64,000 nt of DNA, from positions 43,462,001 to 43,526,000 of the forward strand of contig OX597833.1 in assembly GCA_951406725.2 (NCBI GenBank), written 5' to 3'. A program made the translations under genes and the position numbers. A model generated the notes under the pieces. That model saw only the letters and a list, made by a program, of their open reading frames with translations. It made no database searches and was not told the origin of the DNA. This document shows positions 1 to 11,018 of this stretch, piece after piece (position 1 is the stretch's first letter; the number at the start of each line of letters is the position of its first letter). Source of the stretch: Octopus vulgaris (lineage: Eukaryota).

Positions 1-220
1 ACTGTAGAAAACGGCATCCCGAGGTTTTCTTTAGATTGACCCACAATACGGCCTCTTTGAAATTAAGACAGTTCAAAGGCTGCTTCTTTTGTACGTGGCA
101 TGATCAAACAACCAGATAAAGAACCTGAAACAAAAATGTCCATTAATAATAAAAAACTAAATCTTTTCAAATCAAAATAAACATAAAACAATGTTTTATG
201 GGACGTCTATTTACGTCTGT

Positions 221-430
221 CATGTGTGTGTGTGTGTGTGTGCGTGTATACATATACATATACATACATAAATATATAAACATACATATATGCATACATA
301 TATATGTATAAATATATATGTATACATACACACATACATGTGCATATACATATATATGCATAAATATATATGTATACATACACGCATACATATGATTATA
401 CATACAAATACATATATATATATATGTATG

Positions 431-486
<56 letters not shown>
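221..486. repeat. Compound (TG)n/(TA)n/(CATA)n microsatellite
   Basis: Direct reading; source of the spurious YI/HT ORFs. Confidence 0.95.
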
Positions 487-489
<3 letters not shown>

Positions 490-845
490 TGGTTGGACAA
501 AATAATGGAAACACCTTAAAATTTCAAACAGATTTATTTTAATATGGGGTAGGACCACCCTTGGCAGTAATTACAGTTTGAATTCTACGAGGTATGGACT
601 CGTACAAAGTTTGAATTGTCTCCAAATGAATTTTTGATCATTCTTCAGCTAAAACAGTCACCAGTTGTTGTAGTGATGATGGTGGAAGATATCGACTCCT
701 TGTTTTTCTAAAATGCGCCATAAATGTCCGATAATATTGAGATCTGAGGACAGTGGTGACCAGGTAAGATGTTCAACTTCACTAGAATGTTCCTCGTATC
801 ATTCAGTAACAACTTTAGCAGTGTGAATGGGTGCATTATCATCCG
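487..845 (-). mobile_element. Tc1-family transposon 3' end (TIR plus C-terminal DDE fragment)
   Basis: TA|CAGTGGTTGGACAAAATAATGGAAAC terminus; minus strand encodes DDNAPIHTAKVVTE; same family as 36285-37230. Confidence 0.85.
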
Positions 846-854
846 TAACGCTTT

Positions 855-1232
855 ACTTCCACACACGACAACTTAATTTAATTCGTCCTTAGTCGAAAGA
901 CACATGTTGTTATATCCTGTTATTTGCATTTGTATTTGTGTAACATTTCTTCGTTTTTTCCGTCCTTGTTTTTGTATACATTCGCTGCTTTCTTCCAAAA
1001 AATCTAATGTTCTTAGCTTAGTTTTTCCTTGGGGCTAGCCAAATTGAAGCAATCTTGAATATAACCAACCGAAATTGCAAAGATAATCTGGAACTCGACT
1101 GAGGAAAGAAAACTCCGAATGACCCGTCCTTGTTTCCTTTGCATCGTCTGTGTGGATGTTTTGTTGTCCCTTTTTTGTATCACCTAGATGTTTGGATGTT
1201 TAGCGTTCTTGTCCCATTTTGTATTTTATATA
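855..1232 (+). mobile_element. Non-autonomous PLE-pLTR-like repeat, family 1, ending in (TA)n
   Basis: Homologous to 38560-38905 and, more distantly, to 20240-20381 (minus); contains CGAAA and CTGAGGA hammerhead core elements. Confidence 0.65.
1020..1114 (+). ncRNA. Candidate reverse-permuted hammerhead ribozyme (family 1, partly decayed stem II)
   Basis: GCAAT-C-TTGA (1049-58), GAAA-TTGC (1071-78), TCGA-CTGAGGA (1095-1105); extra helix CCAAATT/AATCTGG. Confidence 0.55.
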
Positions 1233-1632
1233 TATAAAGAACGATTTATTGCCAACCTAATGTGGCAGTCCCATTTCGGGGCGAATTCTACTGGGTTTAG
1301 CCCCTAGGAGACATCGTCTCAAGCTGGCTATACTCCACACGATCTGCGTCCTTATATTTTCATTACTTTAATGTGCTACTACTGAATATCTCTCATTGAT
1401 TAAGGAACAACAATGTTTCTCTCCCCCCTCTCTCTCACTCTCTATACACACACACACACGTATGTAACGAGGGTGAAGGTTTATATATATATATATATAT
1501 CACGTCACGTGATCACGTGACCGACCAGACAGTCAAATGTTGCTACACATCGCTGGTCACAATGCGTTCACATTGTTTTAGCCTTCGAAAGACGCCACCC
1601 CGCTGGCTAAGCGAGCAGGCATATATATATAT

Positions 1633-2498
1633 ATATTAAATCCAGCTTAGAGAAGAGGAAGAACGAAACGAAACGAATCGAATCGAATCGACGCGAGGGC
1701 GCTCAGTCATACACTATACATGTAGATGTAGGTACGTACATATATGTTTGTATGTATGCATATATTTTATTTATTACACTATTGTATGACTGAGCGCCCT
1801 CGCGTCGATTCGATTCGATTCGTTTCGTTCCTTCTTCCTCTTTTCTAAGCTGGTTTTTATATATAATTATGACGCGAAACTCTATAACTCCTTCTTCTCT
1901 CATTCTTTCACCCTCTTTGGCTTCCTTCCTCTCTATCTCTCTCTCTCACTCCTCCTCATCTCTCTCACAACCGGGTCGACGAACTTCCTTTCCTTGGCGG
2001 CCTTCTTCAAGTAAACATGTTTCTTCCTGCGCTCGTGAAAAAATGTTTTCCCCGTCTAGGCTTATAGGCCCTCATTATTTGTTTTCCTGTCCTGTTTCTA
2101 TTCCTTCTTGTACTGTATTTTTTGTAATTGTATTTTTATTTTGTATTTGTTTTTAATTGTATTGTTTTTACATCCTGTTTTTGTCACATTTTTTTCCTTG
2201 TTTTTACCCCTCTGCAAAGGAATTTTATTTAATTCTTTCGCAGGAAGTACTAGTTCGACGAGACGTGTTCTGTCCTCACCTTCGAAACACGCTGGAGTTG
2301 AACTAGGGACAGCTGATGAAGGGAATTTTTCCTCGTGTAGTTGTCTTGTACTCTGTTTTTTCGTTGTTAAAAAAATGGTCCGTTCCATGCTGTTTTTACT
2401 TTTTCGTTTCTCGTTGAGTTCTACGTCTATTTGTGGTGTCCTGTACACACGTATATATATTTATATATGCATGTATATATACATGTAGATGTAGGTAC
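1633..2498 (+). mobile_element. Non-autonomous PLE-like element, family 2, with terminal direct repeat and inverted 5' segment
   Basis: TATACATGTAGATGTAGGTAC at ~1715 and ~2478; inverted arms 1633-1712 and 1783-1865; carries a hammerhead-like motif; flanked by (TA)n. Confidence 0.6.
2231..2327 (+). ncRNA. Candidate reverse-permuted (pseudoknotted) hammerhead ribozyme, family 2
   Basis: CGTGT-T-CTGTCC (2264-75), CTTC-GAAA-CACG (2280-91), GGACAG-CTGATGA (2307-19); GAAG (2244-47) pairs with CTTC; CTAGTTCGAC/GTTGAACTAG; AATTCTTT/AGGGAATT. Confidence 0.7.
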
Positions 2499-2556
2499 TT
2501 AATTTAGGTGCATCAGAATTTTGTATGGTGTTATCCATAAAAATTTCTGGGGTGAT

Positions 2557-2677
2557 TATAATCAAAATAAGCAACAAGAATGACTCCGGTATTTTGGTAT
2601 AATTATTTCGCACTACAGTAGTACGAAACAATTGTACCAAATTGCCGGAGTCATTCTTGTTGCTTATTTTGATTATA
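2557..2677. repeat. ~120-bp fold-back palindrome of a PLE 3' terminus
   Basis: Arms ATAATCAAAATAAGCAACAAGAATGACTCCGG and CCGGAGTCATTCTTGTTGCTTATTTTGATTAT; terminus shared with 4330-4360. Confidence 0.85.
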
Positions 2678-3409
2678 TATATATATATGCAAAGCATGCA
2701 CTGTATGGCTTACTATTTTTCCAGAATAAATAACTTTAGTGCAATTTAAAGTTTATCATCGATATATTTTCATTATCCTCGTTGTTATTTATTTTCTTGT
2801 TTTTTTCTTCTTTTTTATATTACTCATTCCTTCATTTATTAGTATGAAATGAAAACAATCGGGTTTATTTTTTTTTAGATCCTGGTTGCTGAGCGAGAAA
2901 GAAGAAAAAGCAGTGAATTAATCACCGTTTTTTTTTTTTTTGTTTTTCTTTGTGACGGAGCAGTCAAAAAAGAGGAAGGCAAAAGGAGTGCCAAAGAGAT
3001 TAACAAACCAAACGACTAAAGAGGAAGAATGATAGAGCGAAGCAAATTTTTCATTGCTTGACCTTTAGCCAACAAACACGCAGTGAACAAGCGTTTACTC
3101 AGTTTGCAAATTTGTTTTATTGCTGATTTCGTACGATTATGCAATACTGAAGAGTATATATTTCATTTTTTATCTTTTACTTGCTTTAGTTATTAGAATG
3201 CAACCATGGTGGGGCACTGCCTTGAAGAATTTTTAGTCGAATGAATCGACACCAGTACATTTTTAAAGCCTGGTATAGATAGAAGTATGTATATATACGT
3301 ATGTATATATATAATATATTATATTATATTATATCATATCATATCATATATATATATATATATATATATATAATCCCATTAACCGGCCTTCCCCATTTTA
3401 AATATATAT

Positions 3410-3910
3410 ATATATATTTAAAATGGGGAAGGCCGGTTAATGGGATTACTTTAGGTTTCCCGTCCATAAAGAGTTTAGCTTTATGGCATATCGTCAGATC
3501 CCAAAACCTAGGAATATGGAAGAAGAAATACCTCACTACTCAAAGGTATCGACTTCCTGATGTGCCGCCATCTTCTGGGCTCCAATAGGCTAACAGGAAT
3601 GTCTTGAAATATAAACATAGCCCGAAAATCTCCGTTCTGGAGTTAAGGATATTCCCTGTTTCGAGGGAGTCATTTAGGATTCTCGCCCGTTCCGCTATGC
3701 ATAATTTGTATCATTTTCTCCCGTTGAGCTTTCGTGGATTTTCCATGAAATCGAGTATGGAATCCCATTGTCTCTCAGCTGCCACACAAGGCTGGCTAAT
3801 GATGTTACGTATCTCCTTTCCGGAACTCTGAAGAAGGATCTGTTGTTGAAGAGATATTGCTTGAATGAGTTTCCGGAACATCCGATATCCAGTTGACTAC
3901 TCCTAATGTC
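3410..3910 (-). mobile_element. Penelope-like element 3' fragment (GIY-YIG C-terminus plus pLTR)
   Basis: IGCSGNSFKQ...TSLASLVWQLRDNGIPYSISWKI, then CIAERARIL...ILNSRTEIFGLC, typical of a PLE endonuclease C-terminus; HHR in the 3' UTR. Confidence 0.8.
3442..3502 (-). ncRNA. Type I hammerhead ribozyme
   Basis: Minus strand GGGAT-CTGACGA-tatg-CCATAAAG...CTTTATGG-acgg-GAAAC-CTAAA-GTA/ATCCC; the base of stem II is poorly paired. Confidence 0.75.
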
Positions 3911-4234
3911 TTCTTTCCTCCCCGAGGAAAACGGGTACATATGACAATATTTATGACCATACCTAGCCATGAGCTGTCAACTCACTGTCAACTGCCTTTT
4001 ATTCAAAGCAGACACATTCTTCTAGGCTTCGATTTAGTAGTTGATAAAGAGATAAATGAATTAGAAATGAATTACAATCCTTTACAAGCTATGGACTTCA
4101 TGCGATTCTAGGAAGTGTAATCTATTCTTAGCTACACTATCGACAACATCAATTCCTTCCATTTTGCTCTGTTAAAGTATTTGAGAAAAATTATATTAAT
4201 GTGTCCGACTGGTTAAAATTCTATTTATTTATTT

Positions 4235-4322
4235 GTGCAGCTGAGGATGGCACTGCATTTAAATTGATGTAATGATTGTATTGTTCAATTAAATGGAGCC
4301 GCTTGAAACGGTCGTACTGCAT
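4235..4322 (+). ncRNA. Type I hammerhead ribozyme with long stem II
   Basis: GTGCAG-CTGAGGA...GAAACGGTCGTA/CTGCAT; stem II GGC..CATTTAAATTGA/TCAATTAAATG..GCC; predicted cut after A4316. Confidence 0.8.
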
Positions 4323-5039
4323 CATTACTTGATATCCTGTTGCTTATTTTGATTATATATGTATACATATATATACGAAGAGCTCCTTTTAGTTTCCGTC
4401 TACCAAGTCCATTCACAAGGCTTTGGTCGGCCTGGGGCTTTAGTAGAAGGAATATAATAGAAGACTCACAGCTACGCCTGCACCTAAAACTTGCGGCTGG
4501 GAAACAAACTTATTATACAGAATTTCTGTGGTTTCCGCAAATTAAATGGTTAATGGTGGGTTAATTTTAAATAATTCTGAAACTAACTCCGGTTAAATCC
4601 TGGCTACGCCCAAATATTTGATGTAAGACAAACCGTTTTTATAGTTTAATCTCAGGTCAGTCTTGATTGAATAGAATAAACCGTGCTCCAGTTTTGACAA
4701 CCCCATCCTTCTCCAGTGCATTGCATACGTAAAACTACATAAAATTGAAACCGTTTTGCCGTGTCAAAAGTAAGTGCTTTTCTGTAATTATTGCCATCTT
4801 TAATGAAACGATTCATTTCATAAAATGTTTATTCTTATAAATCACACTTTGTATCATTATGACTATTTCAAAAAGGAATGAAATAGTGCTCTATATAAGG
4901 CAACCCATCGACTAGAAAATTTAATACCCTTGTAATAAGTAAATAGACAAAAATAACATGTGAATCCTATGCATCATGTTCCTTATAATTCGAATCCCTT
5001 ATAATTTCGAATTTAAAATTCTAATCCCGCCAAATATTC

Positions 5040-5490
5040 TTTTCTACTCTAGGCAAAAGGTCCGAAATTTTGGGGGAGGTAGTCGATTAGATCAATTTCA
5101 GCACGCAACTGGTACCTAATTTATCGATCTCGAAAGGATGAAAGGCGAAGTCGACCTCGGCGGAATTTGAAATCAGAACGTAAAGACAGACGAAATACCT
5201 ATTTCTTTATTACCCACAAGGGGCTAAACACAGAGGGGACAAACAAGGACAGACATAGGTATTAAGTCGATTACATCGACCCCAGTGCGTAACTGGTACT
5301 TAATTTATCGACCCCGAAAGGATGAAAGGCAAAGTCGACCTAGGCGGAATTTGAACTCACAACGTAACGCAGACGAAATACCGATAAGCATTTCCCCCGA
5401 CGTGCTAACGTTTCTGCCAGCTTGCCACCTTCTGAAATACCGCAAAGAATTTCTTCCGGCTTACTAACGTTTCTGCCAGCTCGACGCCTT
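5040..5490 (-). mobile_element. Nested SINE family B copies (Meta/MESC-domain-like)
   Basis: Reverse complement of GGCGAGCTGGCAGAAACGTTAGCACG...GTCGACTTTGCCTTTCATCCTTTCGGGGTCGATAAATTAAGTACCAG; many copies in window. Confidence 0.85.
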
Positions 5491-5597
5491 TCTGATCCTG
5501 CCAGATATTATAAAGAAATGTTTAGCTTGCTTATAATAGCTGTGACTGCTATAGGAATCTCATGTGAGTGAAGAAAACATCAAGGTTTACAAGTTTT

Positions 5598-5759
5598 AGG
5601 TGTAGGTGTGACTGTGTGGGTTAGAAGTTAGCTTCTCAACCACACGGTTCCGGTTTCAGCCCAAATGCGTGGCACCTTGGACAAGTGTCTTGTACTATAG
5701 CCTCAAGCTTGCTAAAGCCTCGTGGTTGGGTTTGGTAGGTGGAAACTGAAAGAATTCCG

Positions 5760-5842
<83 letters not shown>

Positions 5843-6050
5843 GTGTGTTGTGTCTGTATTTGTCCCACACGACCGCTTGACAACCGCTGATAGTGTGTTT
5901 ACATCCCTTAACTTAGCGGAATAAGTACCAGGTTTTTAAAAAAATTATAAGTACTGGGGTTGATTCATTTGACTAAACGTTCTCCAAGGCGATGCTCCAG
6001 CATGGCCGCAGTCTAATAACTGAAGCAAGTAAACGTCAAAAGATAAAAGA
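5598..6050 (+). mobile_element. tRNA-derived SINE family A with internal (TG)n
   Basis: Head with A/B-box-like motifs, GGCACCTTGGACAAGTGTCTT core, internal microsatellite, family A tail. Confidence 0.85.
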
Positions 6051-6714
6051 TGCCGGAAAGAAACTATAAAGTGTTTGGTCTGACGTTTGTTGTTAGAGAA
6101 ATTGAATCCGTCAAACATTTTGATTACATTCCTTATCAACGTAAGAATCGAAGTATTGAATGCTGATAGAGGAGAGAAAGATTAACCGCAAATACACGAG
6201 ACACAAAAGCTTTTCTGTCTTCCCCCATATAAGCACTTTCACTTAAAAGCAGATTTTTTTTTTTAACGGGAAAACATGTTAACCTAGAAGTCACCTATTT
6301 CTTGTAGTAAAAATACTTTGATTTGTCTCTCAAGGGGCTCTGGAAACGAAGAACCGCCTAATTTTTATTTCTAGTATGTCGTACGAAATGTTCCTTTATT
6401 GGGTAGAAAATAGTAAACGATCCGATGGAATTAATGCTTTCTCTACGTCAACAATTAGTAGGTATAAAACAGTTGGAAAAAAAAAGAAGAAATCGGTGTG
6501 CCGTGAGCAAAAGCAGAAGTGTAACGTTTCAAAAAGAATTCTTTTGTCGGTAATAGATGTTATTTGATATCACCAAATATATCAGCACTTGCCAACACAG
6601 CCTTCTTTTACTATTGTGACGACTTGACCTATTTTGGCAAATCAATAATCTTCCACAAGTAACAGTTTATTTTGTAATATTTAAATAAAAAAGCAATTTT
6701 CTAAATTATTTTAT

Positions 6715-6880
6715 ACGTGCAAGCCATGGCTATGTGGTTAAGAAGCCTCACTTTGCAACTACACGGTTTTGGATCCAGTTCTACTGCACGGCACCTCGAG
6801 TAAGTGTTTTCTTTTATAGACCCACACCGACTAATGCCCTGTGCATGAATTTGAAAGATGGAAACTGCGTAGAAGTCTGT
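6715..6880 (+). mobile_element. SINE family A, 5' half
   Basis: Homology to family A head and core. Confidence 0.7.
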
Positions 6881-6908
6881 CATACATACATACATACATA
6901 CATACATC

Positions 6909-7002
<94 letters not shown>

Positions 7003-7065
7003 CATATATATATATACATATATATATACATACACACACACACAGAAAATATATATATATATATA

Positions 7066-9370
7066 TACCCTACAAAAACAACGAATTAAATCAAAGCTTA
7101 ACACGAAATGAATGGAAAACCTAAACGGGATAAAAAATTATATAAACCTGACCATAAAAGAAGCCGATAAAGGAAGTGCGGTAGTAGTGATTGACACTGA
7201 GTACTATTAAAATTTAATACTCACCATGTTAGAAATCAATATTTACTATGAGAAGGTAGTACAATACAGCACACAGAAGACACTTAAAAACTTATCCTCC
7301 TTACTTCAAGTACATGGAAAGGTCCTCACTAAGAAAGATTTAACTATTTATCCAATTTTAAATACAGACCAATTCTTTTTTACGGATTACCTAAAATACA
7401 CAAAACTTCACTTATTTATAAAGCTTGCAAAGATTCTTCAAGCCTATGCATTAATGTTCCTCCCCTTACTGACCTTAAACTAAGGTTCATCATTGCTGGC
7501 CCTGCTTGTGAAATCCACCATTTAAGCATTTTCCTCGACATCATTTCTGAAATATGTGAAAAGCTTCATCAGGGATGACTTAGACATGCTCAACTACCTC
7601 CCGAAGACAATAAATGAAGGAACCCTGCTAGTATCATTCGATAATCACGCGATTATGGTATAGAAGCAATCACCTTCTGGCTAGAAAATACCCGGATGAA
7701 ATCCCACGACGCATCAACCACAGATTCATAATTGCAGCACTGACATTCATCCCACCGATAGAGTTTACTTTCGACAAAAATGTGGAATTGCAATGGGAAC
7801 TCGAGCTGCCCCAGTGATTGCGAACTTTGTATGGGTTACCTAGATCTTAAAATATACCAATCATCACTACAAAAATATGGCACCTCATTTCATTGCTATT
7901 TAAAGGAAAATTGGAAGAGGTATTTAGATGATTGCTTTATACTTTGGAAAGATAGCATGGACAAACTCCTCGATTTCAAAATAACGCTCAACAATATCAA
8001 TTGCAACATACAATTCACCATGGAATGCAGCAATAAACAACTTCCTTTTCTTGACATTCTAATTAAAATAGTCAATAACCACATCGAAACGGACATCTTC
8101 TATAAACTCACAGATTCAAAACAATACCTGTTATTCAACTCATGCCACCCCAAAACACATAAAAATTAACCTTATAATCTAGCGAAAAGAATCTGTACCA
8201 TAGTTTCGGACACCAATACTCGTGAACGAAGACTCCTTGAACTCAGATCAATACTAATCAAGAGACATTACCCAACATCATAAATGATGGGATTTAACGA
8301 ACAAAGGAAATAGACATGCGAACATTAAGGGAAGTCAACTGAAATACTACACCAGACTTAAAAATACTCCCATACATCTCCACACACAACCCTAGAAATA
8401 ATGAGGCCTTCAATATACTCATCCAAAATCTAGCCATCCTCACTGGAGATAAAATAATGAACAAAATTTTAGGCTTACACAAAATTATCAAGACCAAAAT
8501 GCAACCGAAATCATCGAAAAAATATTAACCAACGCAAGACTATATCCATTAACAACGGAACCAAAAGTTAAAAAATGCGATCGGCCTAATTGTGGCACAT
8601 GCCCACACCTTTTAGAGGGTACAGAGTTCCACTTTAAACAAGGTGAAATATTTAAGATAAAATGTGCCTCGAAAAACCTAATCTATGCCATTACCTGCTT
8701 AGGGTGCGGTAAACATTATATAGGCCAAATAGGAATGTCACTCTGTCGAAGAACAACTCTTCACAAAGAACAAATCAGCTATCCACAATACGGACAGTTA
8801 GAGGTCAGTGAACACATAGAAAGGTGTGCTAGGAATCTTAATCCTAACTTCCAAATTTTCCCTTTATATCAATGTTCACAGAACACCTCTGTTCCGCAAA
8901 GAATGAATAAAGAAGTAACTTTCATCAATAAATATTATCCACAACTAAACATAAACACACCTTAATACAGAACACTACTAACCTTACCATCAATACCACT
9001 AATTCCCATACATTCCATACACCATTCATATTACAGTATTACATCTACTCTAATTGCACCACTCCCAGAAATACTTACCTCCCTTGAATATAATCTTTTT
9101 ACTCAGAGACTAGTAGACTCGACACTGTTTGGTAATCGCTGCGCATTCAAAGTCAGTGAACAGCAATTGACAATACCGGTATGACTTTGAATCCCTTTAA
9201 CAATTCAAAATAATGACTTTTATTCCTCTTAATTCTACCTCAGTTCATCTAATTCTTTATATTTATCGTTACTTTTCATAAAAAAGCTTTTATTTTTTTA
9301 TATCCAATGTGCATATTTTCCCCCATATATCAACCACGTATAGTTTATTTTCTCTTTGAAACCTATTTCT

Positions 9371-9375
<5 letters not shown>
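7066..9375 (+). pseudogene. Degenerate Penelope-like retroelement (RT + GIY-YIG), 5' truncated, between (TA)n tracts
   Basis: IKEADKGSAVVV, GIAMGTRAAP, RYLDDCFILW, LPFLDILI, TDSKQYLLFNSCHP, NLIYAITCLGCGKHYIGQ; multiple frameshifts and stops. Confidence 0.92.
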
Positions 9376-9405
<30 letters not shown>

Positions 9406-9407
<2 letters not shown>

Positions 9408-9803
9408 TCTTTTACTCTTTTACTTGTTTCAGTCATTTGACTGCGGCCATGCTGGAGCACCGCCTTTAATCGAGAACCTCGACCCCGGGACATTTTCTTT
9501 TTTATTTGTAAGTCCAGTACTTATTCTATCGGTCTCTTTTTGCCGAACTGCTAAGTGACGGGGACATAAACACACCAGCATCGGTTGTCAAGCAATGCTA
9601 GGGGCCAAACACAGACACATAAACACACACATACATGTATATATACATATATAATACGACGGCCTTCTTTCAGTTTCCGTCTATCAAATCCACTCACAAG
9701 GCTTTGGTCGGCCCGAGGCTATAGTAGAAGACACTTGCCCCGGGACTGAACCCGGAACCATGTGGTTGGTAAACATGCTACTTACCACACAGCTACTCCT
9801 GCG

Positions 9804-9806
<3 letters not shown>
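9406..9806 (-). mobile_element. SINE family A (full length, internal deletion in head)
   Basis: Reverse complement of AGGCGCAGGAGTAGCTGTGTGG...GACTGAAACAAGTAAAAGAGTAAAAGAG. Confidence 0.9.
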
Positions 9807-9882
<76 letters not shown>

Positions 9883-9886
<4 letters not shown>

Positions 9887-9986
9887 TAGCTACGGCAGGT
9901 ACATATTCTAAAATTGGAACGATACGGAAAAGATTAGCATGGCCACTGCGCAAGGATGACACGCAAATTCGTGAAGCGTTCCATAT

Positions 9987-9992
<6 letters not shown>
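9883..9992 (+). ncRNA. U6: U6 snRNA copy (ACAGAGA box altered to ACGGAAA; probable pseudogene)
   Basis: AAAATTGGAACGATAC...GATTAGCATGGCC..TGCGCAAGGATGACACGCAAATTCGTGAAGCGTTCCATATTTTTTT matches metazoan U6. Confidence 0.95.
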
Positions 9993-10454
<462 letters not shown>

Positions 10455-10520
10455 TATATATATATATATATATATTTGTAAAAAAGAAGTTTGAAAATGC
10501 CACTATATTAGATAAATTTT

Positions 10521-10570
10521 AATTTTACATGTTTCGGTTCTTGAAATAACGAACCTTATCAAAAAAAATT
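10521..10570 (-). ncRNA. Minimal hammerhead ribozyme, U3-A8 core variant
   Basis: Minus strand ...TTT-TTGATAA-GGTTC-gttatttcaa-GAACC-GAAACATGTA/AAATT; stem I is weak (A-U only). Confidence 0.65.
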
Positions 10571-11018
10571 TTTTATAATAAAGAGTATAATGGAACAGTT
10601 CATAATTGTTTCATACATTCAATAGAGTCCATGCTATATACATAAAAAGTGTAATGGAAGAGTTCATAATTGTTACATACATTCAATAGAGTCCATGCTA
10701 TATACATTCAATAGAATCCATGTTCTTGAAAAGGCGAAAAATATATTATAAGGTGTAAGTCGTTTCTTACTGTTTTGTCAAGTGTAGTGCAGGAGTTCAT
10801 TATAGATTTTACCTTGTGTTCCGATGGGAGCAACAGTAGTGATTCTTGGTCGTCGACTGTTAGCGTAATTTTGGTAAACTTGTTATCGTTGGGTTTATAT
10901 CAGTTAAGATGTGGCTGTGAAAGCAGTAATAGCCGTGGTCTCTGGCACCGTTCACTGACGTTATATAATTCCAAACCAATCAAAGCCAAGCTTCAACGAA
11001 TATAAGGAAAAGATCCCC

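Noticed and set aside
1500-1520. Tandem E-boxes TCACGTGATCACGTGA
   Set aside because: They lie in a short insert between TA tracts, with no supporting promoter context.
9095-9140. Expected hammerhead at the 3' end of the plus-strand PLE (CTCAGAGA...GACAC...GTA)
   Set aside because: Both core segments are altered and the stems are too weak to call.
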